A stretch of DNA of 64,000 bases from Bacteroidales bacterium. Lineage in GTDB: Bacteria; Bacteroidota; Bacteroidia; Bacteroidales; VadinHA17. Of the stretch, positions 1 through 9,675 are shown in pieces. How positions within the stretch are numbered: position 1 is the stretch's first letter; the number at the start of each line of letters is the position of its first letter. The stretch spans positions 38,781-102,780 of the forward strand of contig JANYJP010000017.1 of NCBI GenBank assembly GCA_025358455.1, in the 5' to 3' direction. The position numbers and the translations under genes are program-made. The notes under the pieces were generated by a model. It was not told where the DNA came from. It searched no databases and saw only the letters and a program-made list of their open reading frames with translations.

Positions 1-2
1 AT

Positions 3-647
3 AAAGAAAACAGTGCTCATTTTAATGTCTTTGTTAATGATTCTTTAACTGGAAGCTTCTTTGCCGACAAGGAGAAGAGAAAATATGACTTAAAATGGAA
101 AGGTCAACTTTCAAAGATTGATTCTGTTATGGTTCAATTCGATAATGATATAGTCAATGAATACGGAGACCGGAATCTATTTGTGAAAGAGATAATTTTT
201 GACCACAAGATTCATTCCCCTTACCAGAATAATTCAGAATTTGATATAGGTGAACCTCATGGAGCGATACGGTTAAAAAACAACTATTCTTCCTTTGCAG
301 AATTAGCCAGAAACCGTCTGTTATCATTGGGAATTGATTCATCATTAGTATTGGCGATTCCGGGAAAGCGAGTCAGGATTAACAGAACACTTACAAGCGT
401 CCTGGCATTTCGGGACTGGCTCAAACAATCTGACATTGAGGTAAAAGGCATTAATATAATTACAATGGGTGCTCATGCCAGAAGAACATGGATGACTTAT
501 AATAAAGTGCTTAATAAAAAATATGACATAGGAATTATATCTCTCCCGGATTATATAAATGGTTATTCACATAAGAGAAAGTTTTTAAAAACTTTCCGTG
601 AAACGATTGGAATAATATATTATTGGATTTTATTGATCCCTTACTAA
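3..647 (+). CDS. 5'-truncated CDS: carbohydrate-binding-like segment fused to a DUF218/YdcF(ElyC)-like domain
   Basis: The frame of ORF 129..647 stays open back to the window edge (KENSAHFNVFVNDSLTGSFF...), so the true start lies upstream. It has a 'GDRNLFVKEI' CBM-like stretch, then 'ITMGAHARRTW', which resembles DUF218 proteins. Confidence 0.45.
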   Translation, partial: KENSAHFNVFVNDSLTGSFFADKEKRKYDLKWKGQLSKIDSVMVQFDNDIVNEYGDRNLFVKEIIFDHKIHSPYQNNSEFDIGEPHGAIRLKNNYSSFAELARNRLLSLGIDSSLVLAIPGKRVRINRTLTSVLAFRDWLKQSDIEVKGINIITMGAHARRTWMTYNKVLNKKYDIGIISLPDYINGYSHKRKFLKTFRETIGIIYYWILLIPY

Positions 648-703
648 CAAGTACCGGATAGCAGTTAATTAAAAGATATTTTAACGTTATTATTTCCATT
701 AAC

Positions 704-2869
704 CTACTTTGCACTAACTACTGTAAAAACGACCATTTGGTTCGATTTTCTGATTTTCCCCGGAGATTCCGGTTCAAGATGCAAGCCTTCGTTAATACCT
801 TTAGCTAATAACCTGATCGGGTTTATACCTCTGCTGGCAAGAAAATTTTCAATCAGCTGAGCCTTTTCCTGAGTCGAAATCTGATTGCCTGTCAATTGAC
901 CTGAATTCCCTGAGTATACATCAATTTCGAGTTGTATCGCCGGATATTTGTTAAGAATTCTTACTATCTGATCAAGTAATATCACGGAAGTTGGCATTAA
1001 CTTATTACTATTATCAAAGAACGAATCTGCCTGATCGCCAAAAATCTTTAAAATATTGTATAGTTCCTTTTCTGCCGGATCCTTAATCAAAGACAATCTA
1101 ATCTGAACATTTTTAAATCCTTCCCTTTCCATTTCTTTGAATGCGGGATAACATGCCATAAGCGTTAATTGCTGATCAATTATATAATGATAACTGCTAT
1201 CCTCAGGATCAATAATTTCTTTTACAGTATATTTATTTGGTACATTCCTGAAAGTATTGCTGTTCAGCCCTATTTTCGCTTTAGAAGAAATTAATTCTAC
1301 CTGAAAAATTGCATCCATTTTAAGTACTGATTCAGCAGAATATAAAGATGTGATACGTGCATTACCGTACTTTTTAATATCCTGAAATTCGGACTCAGAG
1401 GAAGAATTTAAAACAGGATTTTTTGGTTTTTCATTTAAACTGTTAAGAACTGATACTCTTTTTGATATCCCTGTTTTATGAATACCACCCATAGACTTTG
1501 ACTTTAATGTCAATTCAAGGTTTACCAGATATTCACCCTTTTCTGTGAAAGCATGGTACACTTTTTCACCTCTTAATCTTGTTCCATCACCAAAGTTCCA
1601 TGAATAATTTAATATTTCATATCCGGGAAGGTGCGATTTGAGTCCGTCAAATACGGTTGATTCACCTTTAATCAGAATATCTTTCGAAGTAATAAACGGC
1701 TGCTCTAAGTTCCTCAGATCCAGGATGTAACTTGCTTTTGCGAAAAACAGTTTGCCGCTGGTTTTGTCTACAATATCGAGTTTAATTTTGAATTCCCCTT
1801 CACCTGCAAAACAATGTGTTGCACTTAATCCGGATGAATGCTTCCCATCTCCGAAATCCCAGCGATATTTCAGATTAAGAGTATCAATTGATGTGGTGCT
1901 GCTATCTTTGAATGAAAAACAATACTTATTTTCCTCCTGTATGTCGTTGTAGAAAATCTGAGGGAAATTTGTTACAAATCTGTATATGTCAATTGTCTTT
2001 TCTCTGTTTGAAGAAAAATATCCCGAACCACCCATCGGATCTGTAACAATTCCAAAATCATCAAATTCTGAATTAATGGGAGGATCGAGTCTTATCGGCG
2101 CTAACCAGTTTCCATTTTTTAACCTCGAAAAGAAAATATCTTTTCCTCCAAGACCCGGATGTCCGTCGGAAGCAAAAAAAAGTTCTCCGGCATTATTAAC
2201 AAACGGATAAGATTCATTCCCCGGAGTATTAATTACAGGGCCGAGGTTTACAGGGTCATTCCAGTAATCGTTCTTCCATTCACAGTAGTAAAGATCAGAT
2301 GCTCCGTATCCGCCGGGCTTATCGGAAGCAAAATATAATTTTTTCCCATCAGGCGAAAGATATGGTGTGGTTACATTATACCATTCATTATTTATTCTTA
2401 ATTCTCTCACTTTGGTCCATTTCCCATCAGCAAGTACCGAAGAAAAGATTCCAAGTTTGTTTTTCTGTCCGGTAACATCTCTAAACTTTCCTTCTATTGT
2501 CTGATTTCTTGAAAAATAAATTGTGTCTCCATCGCTGCTAAAAGTTGCTGGTCCATCATTGAAATTTGTTGTCAGTGCCTTTGAGAAGAGAGTAGGATCA
2601 TGTACCCCTCTGCTGGTAGTATCTGCAAAGTAGATTTTAAGGAGACCTTTATCCTGTGTTGATGAATAATTTAGAAGGAGGTTTGGATTCCTGTTAGTAC
2701 AGAAAACGATACCATTCCTATAAAACACGGGAGAGAACTCATCGTACTTGCCGGTGCTGAAACGGGTTTTCTTTATCGAATAGGTTAATGGCTGTCCATT
2801 AACCTCCTTCGTTACCGGGGATAAGAACAAGAACAAGAACAAAAACACAAATACTGCAGGTTTATTCAT
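704..2869 (-). CDS. OmpA-family outer-membrane protein with TolB-like beta-propeller repeats and PKD-like domains
   Basis: Signal peptide MNKPAVFVFLFLFLFL. Repeated 'Y(F)xSD..GG.G..D(I/L)(Y/F)' propeller-type units. 'YRWDFGDG' and 'YSWNFGDG' PKD signatures. OmpA-like C-terminus. Lies directly downstream of the PorP/SprF gene with a 7-nt gap. Confidence 0.75.
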   Translation of the reverse strand: MNKPAVFVFLFLFLFLSPVTKEVNGQPLTYSIKKTRFSTGKYDEFSPVFYRNGIVFCTNRNPNLLLNYSSTQDKGLLKIYFADTTSRGVHDPTLFSKALTTNFNDGPATFSSDGDTIYFSRNQTIEGKFRDVTGQKNKLGIFSSVLADGKWTKVRELRINNEWYNVTTPYLSPDGKKLYFASDKPGGYGASDLYYCEWKNDYWNDPVNLGPVINTPGNESYPFVNNAGELFFASDGHPGLGGKDIFFSRLKNGNWLAPIRLDPPINSEFDDFGIVTDPMGGSGYFSSNREKTIDIYRFVTNFPQIFYNDIQEENKYCFSFKDSSTTSIDTLNLKYRWDFGDGKHSSGLSATHCFAGEGEFKIKLDIVDKTSGKLFFAKASYILDLRNLEQPFITSKDILIKGESTVFDGLKSHLPGYEILNYSWNFGDGTRLRGEKVYHAFTEKGEYLVNLELTLKSKSMGGIHKTGISKRVSVLNSLNEKPKNPVLNSSSESEFQDIKKYGNARITSLYSAESVLKMDAIFQVELISSKAKIGLNSNTFRNVPNKYTVKEIIDPEDSSYHYIIDQQLTLMACYPAFKEMEREGFKNVQIRLSLIKDPAEKELYNILKIFGDQADSFFDNSNKLMPTSVILLDQIVRILNKYPAIQLEIDVYSGNSGQLTGNQISTQEKAQLIENFLASRGINPIRLLAKGINEGLHLEPESPGKIRKSNQMVVFTVVSAK

Positions 2870-2876
2870 CTGTTTT

Positions 2877-3797
2877 CTAAAAATTCAAAGGATTCACAGC
2901 GTTGACTTTATATCGGAATTCATACCTTATCATTATTTCATGTGAACCATTCCTGTATTTCCCTGATTTGCCTAAATCGGCATCGTAGGTATATGCAATT
3001 CTTAACTGGTCATTCAACTGAAACTGGAACAATCCTTCTATAGCCCGGCCATTTCTGTAGGAGGCTCCTACCCAGAATCTGTCATACAGATTAAAATGTG
3101 CATTTAAATCAAACAGAAAAGACTTCCCCGGGGAATATAGGATCAGGGTAGAAGGGAAAAATTTCACTTTGGAATTTAATGGCAGGATATAACCTGTATT
3201 AAGCATATAATAGTTTTGACCGGGATTAAAACTGAGAGAATACTTGTTTTTTTCAAAGTCGAACTTGTATGATATTAATTTCGGAATTGAAAAACCAGCA
3301 AAAAAATTGCGATAAGAATAATATGTGCCAAACCTGAAATCAGGGACTACAAATACTCGTGAATTTGACAGGAAAGATTCATCTCCCGGATCGAGGGCCA
3401 CCAGATCAGACCATGCAGTTTGCGTTGTAACAATACCCACACCCAAACCAAATGATAGCATTCCATCGCCCATGCTTATTTTATATGAATAGTCAGTGTT
3501 AAAAGCTGTTTGTTTTGTAACACCGATCTTATCATTAATAATAACAAGTCCTAATCCGAGTTTGCCATCCAGAAGCGGAGCATCTGCTGTTAAAGTCGCC
3601 GTTTCAGGAGCGCCGGTGATACCTACCCATTGACGGCGATAAAATGCCGCAATATTTAATGCCCCTCTGTTCCCGGCAAAGGCAGGGTTTATTGTCAACG
3701 GGTTAAGCACATACTGATCTGAAACCGGCGTTAATTGCCCGAAAATACTGCCTGGTATCAGTAGTAAAATAAATAAACTGTATATTATTTTCCTCAT
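2877..3797 (-). CDS. Type IX secretion system membrane protein, PorP/SprF family
   Basis: N-terminus 'QLTPVSDQYVLNPLTINPAFAGNRGALNIAAFYRRQWVGI' is the characteristic PorP/SprF opening. 306-aa beta-barrel-like protein ending in F. Sits immediately downstream of a T9SS type-B cargo gene. Confidence 0.85.
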   Translation of the reverse strand: MRKIIYSLFILLLIPGSIFGQLTPVSDQYVLNPLTINPAFAGNRGALNIAAFYRRQWVGITGAPETATLTADAPLLDGKLGLGLVIINDKIGVTKQTAFNTDYSYKISMGDGMLSFGLGVGIVTTQTAWSDLVALDPGDESFLSNSRVFVVPDFRFGTYYSYRNFFAGFSIPKLISYKFDFEKNKYSLSFNPGQNYYMLNTGYILPLNSKVKFFPSTLILYSPGKSFLFDLNAHFNLYDRFWVGASYRNGRAIEGLFQFQLNDQLRIAYTYDADLGKSGKYRNGSHEIMIRYEFRYKVNAVNPLNF

Positions 3798-3860
3798 GTT
3801 AGATTTTTATTCAAAGATTATCACAATCAGCGTGTTACAGATTAACATTGATAATTTATA

Positions 3861-6800
3861 CTAACGCCTGATAACAATGTATTTGCTATAGGTCATGCCA
3901 GTTTGCGTTTTCAGAATATAGAAATACGTATCATCATCAAGGGGATTGCCCTTTTCATCAACACCGTTCCAATCGTTATTATAATCATTGCTTTTATATA
4001 CTCTGTGCCCGTTCCTGTCAAAAATTACGAGTTCAATTTTTCCGAGTGATTCCTTGCCTCGTATTACGAAATAATCATTTCTGCCATCCATATTAGGCGT
4101 TATCAATGTAGGAATCACCAGATTACGAACTGTAACTTTAACAGAGTCAGAAGATGGAAGACAGACATTATTCGTTACACTCCAGAGAAATATATTGTCG
4201 CCGCCTGAAAGATTGGTAACATTTGTTAAGGGATCAGATGCACTGGCGAATGTTCCTGTTCCTGAAAGCAGTGTCCATAGTCCTGTTTCATTAATCCCAG
4301 GGGCAACAGCTTTCATATTAGTGCTGAACTGTACGTCAACAGCTATGTCAGGACCTGCATTGGCAACAGGTTTTTGTTTTACTATAACACTTACCGGTTT
4401 TATAACAGAACAACCAGATTGCGCTACTGTACCCTTGATGTAATAGGTACCGTCATTGGCCGTTGTTGGAGAATTGTACGTTACAGTTGCGATCGGATTT
4501 GTCCAGTAAGTATAAGTTAAACCCGTACTTGAACCTGCAGTAACGGAGGAGGCTGTCAAATCTGCAGTTGACGGGAAGCAGACAGGTGCAGGATTTGACA
4601 CAATCAATGCAGGGGTTAAAGGATTCAAAACGATATTGACAACCCCGGTTCCTGCGGAAACACATCCGGTTGGGCTTTTAACTATAAAGCTGTATGCACC
4701 GGCCTGCAGACCAGAAACTGTTGTGGTTGTTCCTGTCCCTGAAACAGTTATAGTATCCGGGGTGCTGGTCAATGTCCAGGTCCCTGTTGCAGGCAGTCCG
4801 CTTAGCACTACAATTCCTGTTGAGACGCTGCAGGTTGGTTGTGTAATGGTGCCTATTATCGGGGTAGCCGGACTACCTGGTTGAGCAATTATGACAACAT
4901 TAGATGATGCCGGTGAAACACATCCCGCCGAGCTGGTAACGGTATAGTTATAAGTGCCTGGTGCAAGTCCGGGAATGGTCATGCTTATACCTGCTCCTGT
5001 TGTTGTTACAGTTCCCGGGAAACGGGTCAGGGTCCACGTACCTGTCGCGGGTAACCCGCTTAACAGTACGCTTCCTGTCGATACATTACATGTGGGTCCG
5101 GTAATTGTTCCAACAGTCGGAGTAACAGGTATACCCGGTTGGGCACTAATAAGAACATCCGAAGAGGCCACTGAAGTACAACCTGTTGAACTACCGACAG
5201 TAAACGTATATGTTCCCACATCCAGACCTGAAATAGTTTTCGTTGATCCGGTTCCTGAAGTGGTTAATCCACCGGGAGAACGAGTAAGAGTCCATGTACC
5301 TGCCGCGGGTAACCCATTCAGTACAACACTGCCTGAGGATATGTTACATGTAGGTTGTGTTATTGTCCCAACTGTTGGTGCAGCCGGGAGAGGATTTACA
5401 ATCAGAGTAAACTGTGCAACTGCAGCTGCGCAGGGTACTCCCAGGGGGTTATTTGTAGTTGCAGTAATTATCACTGTCTTGCCGGCATCTCCTGCCGCCG
5501 GTGTATATGTAAAACTAAATGGTGAAACAGTTACTGTTGCCGGAGCTAGTGTACCGGTTCCATTGCTGGTTAATGACACGCTGGTTGCATTTCCTCCGAA
5601 TTCATTTCCGGCTATAGTTACCGGAGCGGTACCACAAGTATTTCCTGTTATACTGCTAAGTACAATAGACGGCCCGTTGACACAACCACAGGAGACTGTG
5701 AAACCTGTTCCTGTTGTTGTACAACCCGCTGCATTTCTTACTGTTATGGCATGACTGCCGTTAATTACCCCTGCAAAGGTTACTGTGGTCTGGTATGCAC
5801 CGGCATCTAATTTGTATTCAATACCGGTTCCCAGAGGGGATGTAACAGTAACTTTGGCAAGGTTAAATCCAAGGGTGCAGTCTGTAGTTTGTAACGGAGC
5901 TGCAGGCGCCGCAGGTTGGGCATTGACAACTGCACTGGCAGAAGAAACTGATGTACATCCTCCTGTGGTGACATTTGTTACAGTATAAGTATATGTACCT
6001 GCTGGTACAAGATCATCAAGTGCGGTTGTTCCTGTCCATGCAATCAATTTACTCCCCGGATTCCGGGTCACTATCCATGTGACAGCTGGGACAGCTGTAG
6101 GCAAACCACTCAATGCAACACTTCCAGTTGCAAGGACACATGTAGGTTGAGTAATTGTCCCGATTATTGGTGCCGGTGGCAATGGTTGCGGATTGACTAC
6201 AGCGACCGTTACAACTGAGCTGCAGCCTCCTGAACTCTTAATAATTACATTGTACGGGGCTGGTGTCAGACCTGCCTTGATGTTACCCGCCTGAAAAAAT
6301 GCTCCATTATCAAAACTATAGGTATCACTTGCATTCTGAACTGTTACGGTAATAGTACCTGTAGCTAATGTACAGTTAGGCTGCGTGACAATGGTAACCG
6401 GCGCTGGCGGTGCAGTTTTTGGCGCTGCTGTTCCATTGCCGGCCGGACTTGTACAACCATTTACAGTAGTGGTCACAGTATTTACACCTGCCGTGATGAC
6501 ATTTATAGATGAAGTGGCTGCTCCTGTACTCCATAATAATGTACCTGTAGCAACTGTTGATAAAGTTGAAGTACCATTACAATTATCCACCACTGTTACT
6601 ACTGGTGCCGCAGGCGCTGTTTTAGGCGCAGCAGTTCCACTGCCGGCCGGGCCTGTACATCCATTTACTGTCGCTGTAACTGTATATGTTCCCGCCGCGC
6701 TGACTATTATTGAGGCTGTTGACGCACCTGTGTTCCATAATAAGGTACCTGTCGCTGCAGTCGATAAAGTAGAAGTGCCATTACAATTATCAACTACTGT

Positions 6801-7412
6801 TACAACAGGCGCGGCAGGTAAGGGATTTACAACTATAATTGTATTTGCGCTGTTTGTACAACTATTAATATCGGTGAAAGTATAAGTTATAGTATGCGAT
6901 CCGGATCCTGCTGTGGCCGGAGTAAATGTACCAGTTGAGTTTACACCGGCTCCCGAGTAGGTTCCTCCGGCAGGTAAACCAACCAGTTGCACAGAAGATG
7001 AATTGACACAGAATGGTCCTGCAGCAGCTAAACTGACACCAGGTAAAGCATTAATTGTAATAGTTGTTGATTTTGTGGAAGGAGTTAAAGGGGAATCCTG
7101 TAAGGTAAGGGTAATTGTTGCCGGACCGGAACCGGTATATGTTATTAGATGCGGTCCCGCACCTGTTGAAGTTGCCTGGTTCGCACCTGCTCCAAAACTC
7201 CAGATAAATGTCGTACTTCCGGAGGTACCGGTTGAAGTATTAGTAATTGTGACAATTGAACCACTGCAAACTGTTGAGCTTACGGTAAAATTTGCAACTA
7301 ATTGCGATAAGGCTTTGCATGGCAATAATAAAAAAAGAATCACCGGAAGCAATAATCTTCCAGCCCATAAATTTAAAGCAGATTTTTTTATAATATTTAA
7401 TTCGGATTTCAT
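3861..7412 (-). CDS. Large repetitive cell-surface adhesin with a T9SS type-B (gliding-motility-associated) C-terminal sorting domain
   Basis: 1183 aa with a signal peptide and a Thr/Gly/Ser/Pro-rich body. Repeated 'GTITQPTC..S.GSV.LSGLPA.GTWTLT' modules. C-terminus 'PTLITPNMDGRNDYFVIRG...YFYIL' matches type-B CTD proteins. Confidence 0.85.
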   Translation of the reverse strand: MKSELNIIKKSALNLWAGRLLLPVILFLLLPCKALSQLVANFTVSSTVCSGSIVTITNTSTGTSGSTTFIWSFGAGANQATSTGAGPHLITYTGSGPATITLTLQDSPLTPSTKSTTITINALPGVSLAAAGPFCVNSSSVQLVGLPAGGTYSGAGVNSTGTFTPATAGSGSHTITYTFTDINSCTNSANTIIVVNPLPAAPVVTVVDNCNGTSTLSTAATGTLLWNTGASTASIIVSAAGTYTVTATVNGCTGPAGSGTAAPKTAPAAPVVTVVDNCNGTSTLSTVATGTLLWSTGAATSSINVITAGVNTVTTTVNGCTSPAGNGTAAPKTAPPAPVTIVTQPNCTLATGTITVTVQNASDTYSFDNGAFFQAGNIKAGLTPAPYNVIIKSSGGCSSVVTVAVVNPQPLPPAPIIGTITQPTCVLATGSVALSGLPTAVPAVTWIVTRNPGSKLIAWTGTTALDDLVPAGTYTYTVTNVTTGGCTSVSSASAVVNAQPAAPAAPLQTTDCTLGFNLAKVTVTSPLGTGIEYKLDAGAYQTTVTFAGVINGSHAITVRNAAGCTTTGTGFTVSCGCVNGPSIVLSSITGNTCGTAPVTIAGNEFGGNATSVSLTSNGTGTLAPATVTVSPFSFTYTPAAGDAGKTVIITATTNNPLGVPCAAAVAQFTLIVNPLPAAPTVGTITQPTCNISSGSVVLNGLPAAGTWTLTRSPGGLTTSGTGSTKTISGLDVGTYTFTVGSSTGCTSVASSDVLISAQPGIPVTPTVGTITGPTCNVSTGSVLLSGLPATGTWTLTRFPGTVTTTGAGISMTIPGLAPGTYNYTVTSSAGCVSPASSNVVIIAQPGSPATPIIGTITQPTCSVSTGIVVLSGLPATGTWTLTSTPDTITVSGTGTTTTVSGLQAGAYSFIVKSPTGCVSAGTGVVNIVLNPLTPALIVSNPAPVCFPSTADLTASSVTAGSSTGLTYTYWTNPIATVTYNSPTTANDGTYYIKGTVAQSGCSVIKPVSVIVKQKPVANAGPDIAVDVQFSTNMKAVAPGINETGLWTLLSGTGTFASASDPLTNVTNLSGGDNIFLWSVTNNVCLPSSDSVKVTVRNLVIPTLITPNMDGRNDYFVIRGKESLGKIELVIFDRNGHRVYKSNDYNNDWNGVDEKGNPLDDDTYFYILKTQTGMTYSKYIVIRR
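6408..6815 (-). repeat. Two tandem ~204-bp (68-aa) near-identical coding repeats inside the adhesin gene
   Basis: 'AAPVVTVVDNCNGTSTLST(A/V)ATGTLLW(N/S)TGA...VNGCT.PAG.GTAAPKTAP' occurs twice back to back (aa ~200-267 and 268-335). It is mirrored in antisense ORF 6385..6885, which shows the same duplication. Confidence 0.7.
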
Positions 7413-7653
7413 ACCTGGCTACTGGTTAGTTTTCAATTGTCCCGCAATCTTCAGATAAACAAATCTCGCGGATAAATGGTGGCAGGAAACTTTGTTTTTG
7501 ATATGCTTTCGCCCCGTCAGTCACATACACGGGACTAACAATAATTAACATAAAAGCCTCAATATCTGCACCTTTGCAGTTAAAAACTCAATTTTTATTT
7601 TTAAATATTTTCAACCAAAAAAAATATACGTAATACACTATTTATTATCAGTT

Positions 7654-8091
7654 TTAGTTAATCCGGTAATCATGTACAACAGATCGAATCCGCTTTTTTA
7701 AACTCAGTTTTTCACTTCTCTTCTCAATATAATATTCAGCAATCGGGAAACCCGTTTCCTTAGTAAAACACTGATTAAGGTACATATAGTTATAACCTAC
7801 TTTATTCGAGATATATGATGAAAAACTGGTTTTGAGGGTAATTTCATTCTTTACCAGAAATAAAATTTCCTGACAAATACAGCTCACAAGCCTTGTTCTT
7901 CTGAAAATTACCTCAAGGCCGTATTTATGCAATGAATAGTCAAGTTTCTCTATTTCTTCCAGCGACAGGTTCTGTTTAAAATTTATTGAACCCAATTCAA
8001 AAGAATAGTTTTTAAAACCAAGTTGTTTCAATTCAAGAAGGACAAACTTTTTAGTCCCGGGGCATACCATATTTTTTATATATAGCTTCAT
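7654..8091 (-). CDS. Small regulator paralog 1 (HMA-like N-domain plus a single AraC-type HTH; shorter than its paralogs)
   Basis: 'MKLYIKNMVCPGTKKFVLLELKQLG' parallels ORFs 21765 and 41179. The ATG at 8091 is preferred over the TTG at 8100 by paralog alignment. The C-terminus keeps 'YNYMYLNQCFTKETG' (HTH1) but lacks the second HTH of the paralogs. Confidence 0.6.
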   Translation of the reverse strand: MKLYIKNMVCPGTKKFVLLELKQLGFKNYSFELGSINFKQNLSLEEIEKLDYSLHKYGLEVIFRRTRLVSCICQEILFLVKNEITLKTSFSSYISNKVGYNYMYLNQCFTKETGFPIAEYYIEKRSEKLSLKKRIRSVVHDYRIN

Positions 8092-8136
8092 AATAAACAA
8101 TTTGTTCTCTTTCTAACTCATAATGAACCTAACAGG

Positions 8137-8727
8137 TTATTTTCTTGCATTGTTATATCTTTTTTCGACAATTTGCCAGTTTATCAGGCTCCAGAAAGCG
8201 ATTAAATATTCTGATCGTCTGTTCTGATAATCAAGATAATATGAGTGTTCCCAAACATCGCATGCCAATAGGGGAATTAATCCGTTACGAAGAGGATTTC
8301 CTGCATTATATTCCTGTATAATCTCGATTGATCCTTTGGGGTTCCAGGCCAGCCATACCCATCCTGATCCAAACAACGATGAGGCAGCTTTAATAAAAGT
8401 GTCCTTACAAAATTGAACGGATCCGAAATTTGCATTTATGATTTTTACGAATGGACCTTTAAGCTTATTATCGTCAGCCTGACTTAAACTCTCAAAATAA
8501 AACGAATGATTCCAAATCTGAGACGCATTATTAAAAACGGGTCCTGCAGCTACCATAATAATTGTTTCAAGGTCCGCGTTTTCGAATTTAGTGCCAATAG
8601 TCAGGTTATTTAAATTAGTAACATATTCCTGATGATGCTTGCCATGATGTAACTCGATTGTTCTTTTTGAAATCTGAGGTTCCAGAATATCGGTTTCATA
8701 TGGCAACGGGGGCAATTCAAATTTCAT
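8137..8727 (-). CDS. sod: Fe/Mn superoxide dismutase (cytoplasmic type)
   Basis: 'LPPLPYETDILEPQISKRTIELHHGKHHQEYV' and 'ACDVWEHSYYLDYQNRR' are canonical Fe/Mn-SOD motifs. 196 aa with no signal peptide. Confidence 0.95.
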   Translation of the reverse strand: MKFELPPLPYETDILEPQISKRTIELHHGKHHQEYVTNLNNLTIGTKFENADLETIIMVAAGPVFNNASQIWNHSFYFESLSQADDNKLKGPFVKIINANFGSVQFCKDTFIKAASSLFGSGWVWLAWNPKGSIEIIQEYNAGNPLRNGLIPLLACDVWEHSYYLDYQNRRSEYLIAFWSLINWQIVEKRYNNARK

Positions 8728-8794
8728 GTCATTCTATATTGTGTGATAAATTCAGTAAGCTTAAATAATTGTGAGTCATAAAATCTTAACTACT

Positions 8795-8862
8795 CAAAAA
8801 TAAGTGTATGACAAGAGTGCCTGATTAAGGTCAGGTTAATATTAAATTAAGATTACATTAAG
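8795..8862 (-). promoter_or_regulatory. Class-1 module: four 11-bp-phased hexamers (CTTAAT/CTTAAT/ATTAAC/CTTAAT), then N21, then TATTTTTG (-7-like box)
   Basis: On the minus strand the hexamers lie at 8862-8857, 8851-8846, 8840-8835 and 8829-8824. An exact 21-nt spacer follows, then TATTTTTG (8802-8795), which fits TAnnTTTG. The module ends 67 nt before the sod ATG. Confidence 0.6.
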
Positions 8863-8923
8863 ATTAGTAACATACTGATATTCAAGCCAGTAAGCAATTG
8901 AAAAAACACGATCTGAGTTAAGG

Positions 8924-8974
8924 GTTTATAATAAAACAAGAATTGCCCGGGATCAGTCCCAGGCAGTTCTTGTT
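8924..8974 (-). terminator. Rho-independent terminator-like hairpin after the response regulator gene
   Basis: Imperfect 17-bp inverted repeat AACAAGAA(T/C)TGCC(C/T)GGG (8935-8974) with a 6-nt loop, followed on the minus strand by TTTTATTAT. Confidence 0.55.
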
Positions 8975-8991
8975 TTAACCGGAAATATGAA

Positions 8992-9675
8992 TTACGCCTC
9001 TTGGCTCAATGAATATCCGAATCCTTTTTTAGTATGGATCAGCTTAATATCGAAGTCTTTATCTATTTTCTTTCTGAGGGAATTTATATGGACATCAATG
9101 ACGTTTGTTCCGGAATTGAAAGAGAATCCCCATATTTTTTCTGCAATCAGAAATCTGTCGAATACTTTTCCTTTATTACTCAGAAGAAGTTCGAGGATTT
9201 TATATTCCGTAGCTGTAAGATTAATCTCTTTCCCGTTTCTTTTAACTTTCCTTGCGATAGAATCAAGTTCCAGATCTGCAACAATTAATAAAGGGTTAAT
9301 TATAGCTTCATGGTTTCTCCGGTTCAGTGCTTTGATACGGGCAAGCAGTTCCTGGAAACTGAATGGCTTCACCAGATAATCATCTGCTCCAAAATCGAAA
9401 CCTGTCAGTTTATCTTCAACTGAATCAAGAGAAGTAAGCATTATGATCGGGGTCAGAATATTTTTGTTCCTGATTTTTTTACATAAATCGAATCCTGTTA
9501 TACCGGGTATAACAACATCAAGTATAATCACATCATATTTTTTTGAAAAAGCCAGTTTTTCACCAATTGTGCTGTCATATGCTATATCAACAAAACAATC
9601 ATTACTTTCCAATCCTATCTTAACAAAGGAGGATATCTTCTGGTCATCTTCAACTAATAGAATTTTCATACTCAA
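8992..9675 (-). CDS. OmpR/PhoB-family response regulator (receiver plus winged-helix DNA-binding domain)
   Basis: 'KILLVEDD', 'DVIILDVVIPGITGFDLC' and 'MLTSLDSVEDKLTGFDFGADDYLVKPF' mark the receiver. 'LTATEYKILELL...VIDVHINSLRKKID' marks the Trans_reg_C domain. No kinase gene is in the same transcription unit. Confidence 0.9.
   Translation of the reverse strand: MSMKILLVEDDQKISSFVKIGLESNDCFVDIAYDSTIGEKLAFSKKYDVIILDVVIPGITGFDLCKKIRNKNILTPIIMLTSLDSVEDKLTGFDFGADDYLVKPFSFQELLARIKALNRRNHEAIINPLLIVADLELDSIARKVKRNGKEINLTATEYKILELLLSNKGKVFDRFLIAEKIWGFSFNSGTNVIDVHINSLRKKIDKDFDIKLIHTKKGFGYSLSQEA

Noticed and set aside
4195-7458. A series of long plus-strand ORFs (up to 266 aa, e.g. 4954..5754, 6385..6885, 7003..7458) lying opposite the adhesin gene
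   Set aside because: They are antisense shadows of a Thr/Gly/Ala/Pro-rich repetitive gene whose codon bias suppresses stops on the opposite strand. Their products are low-complexity V/P/A/G strings with no start context or recognisable motifs. The minus-strand ORF has a signal peptide and a T9SS CTD.
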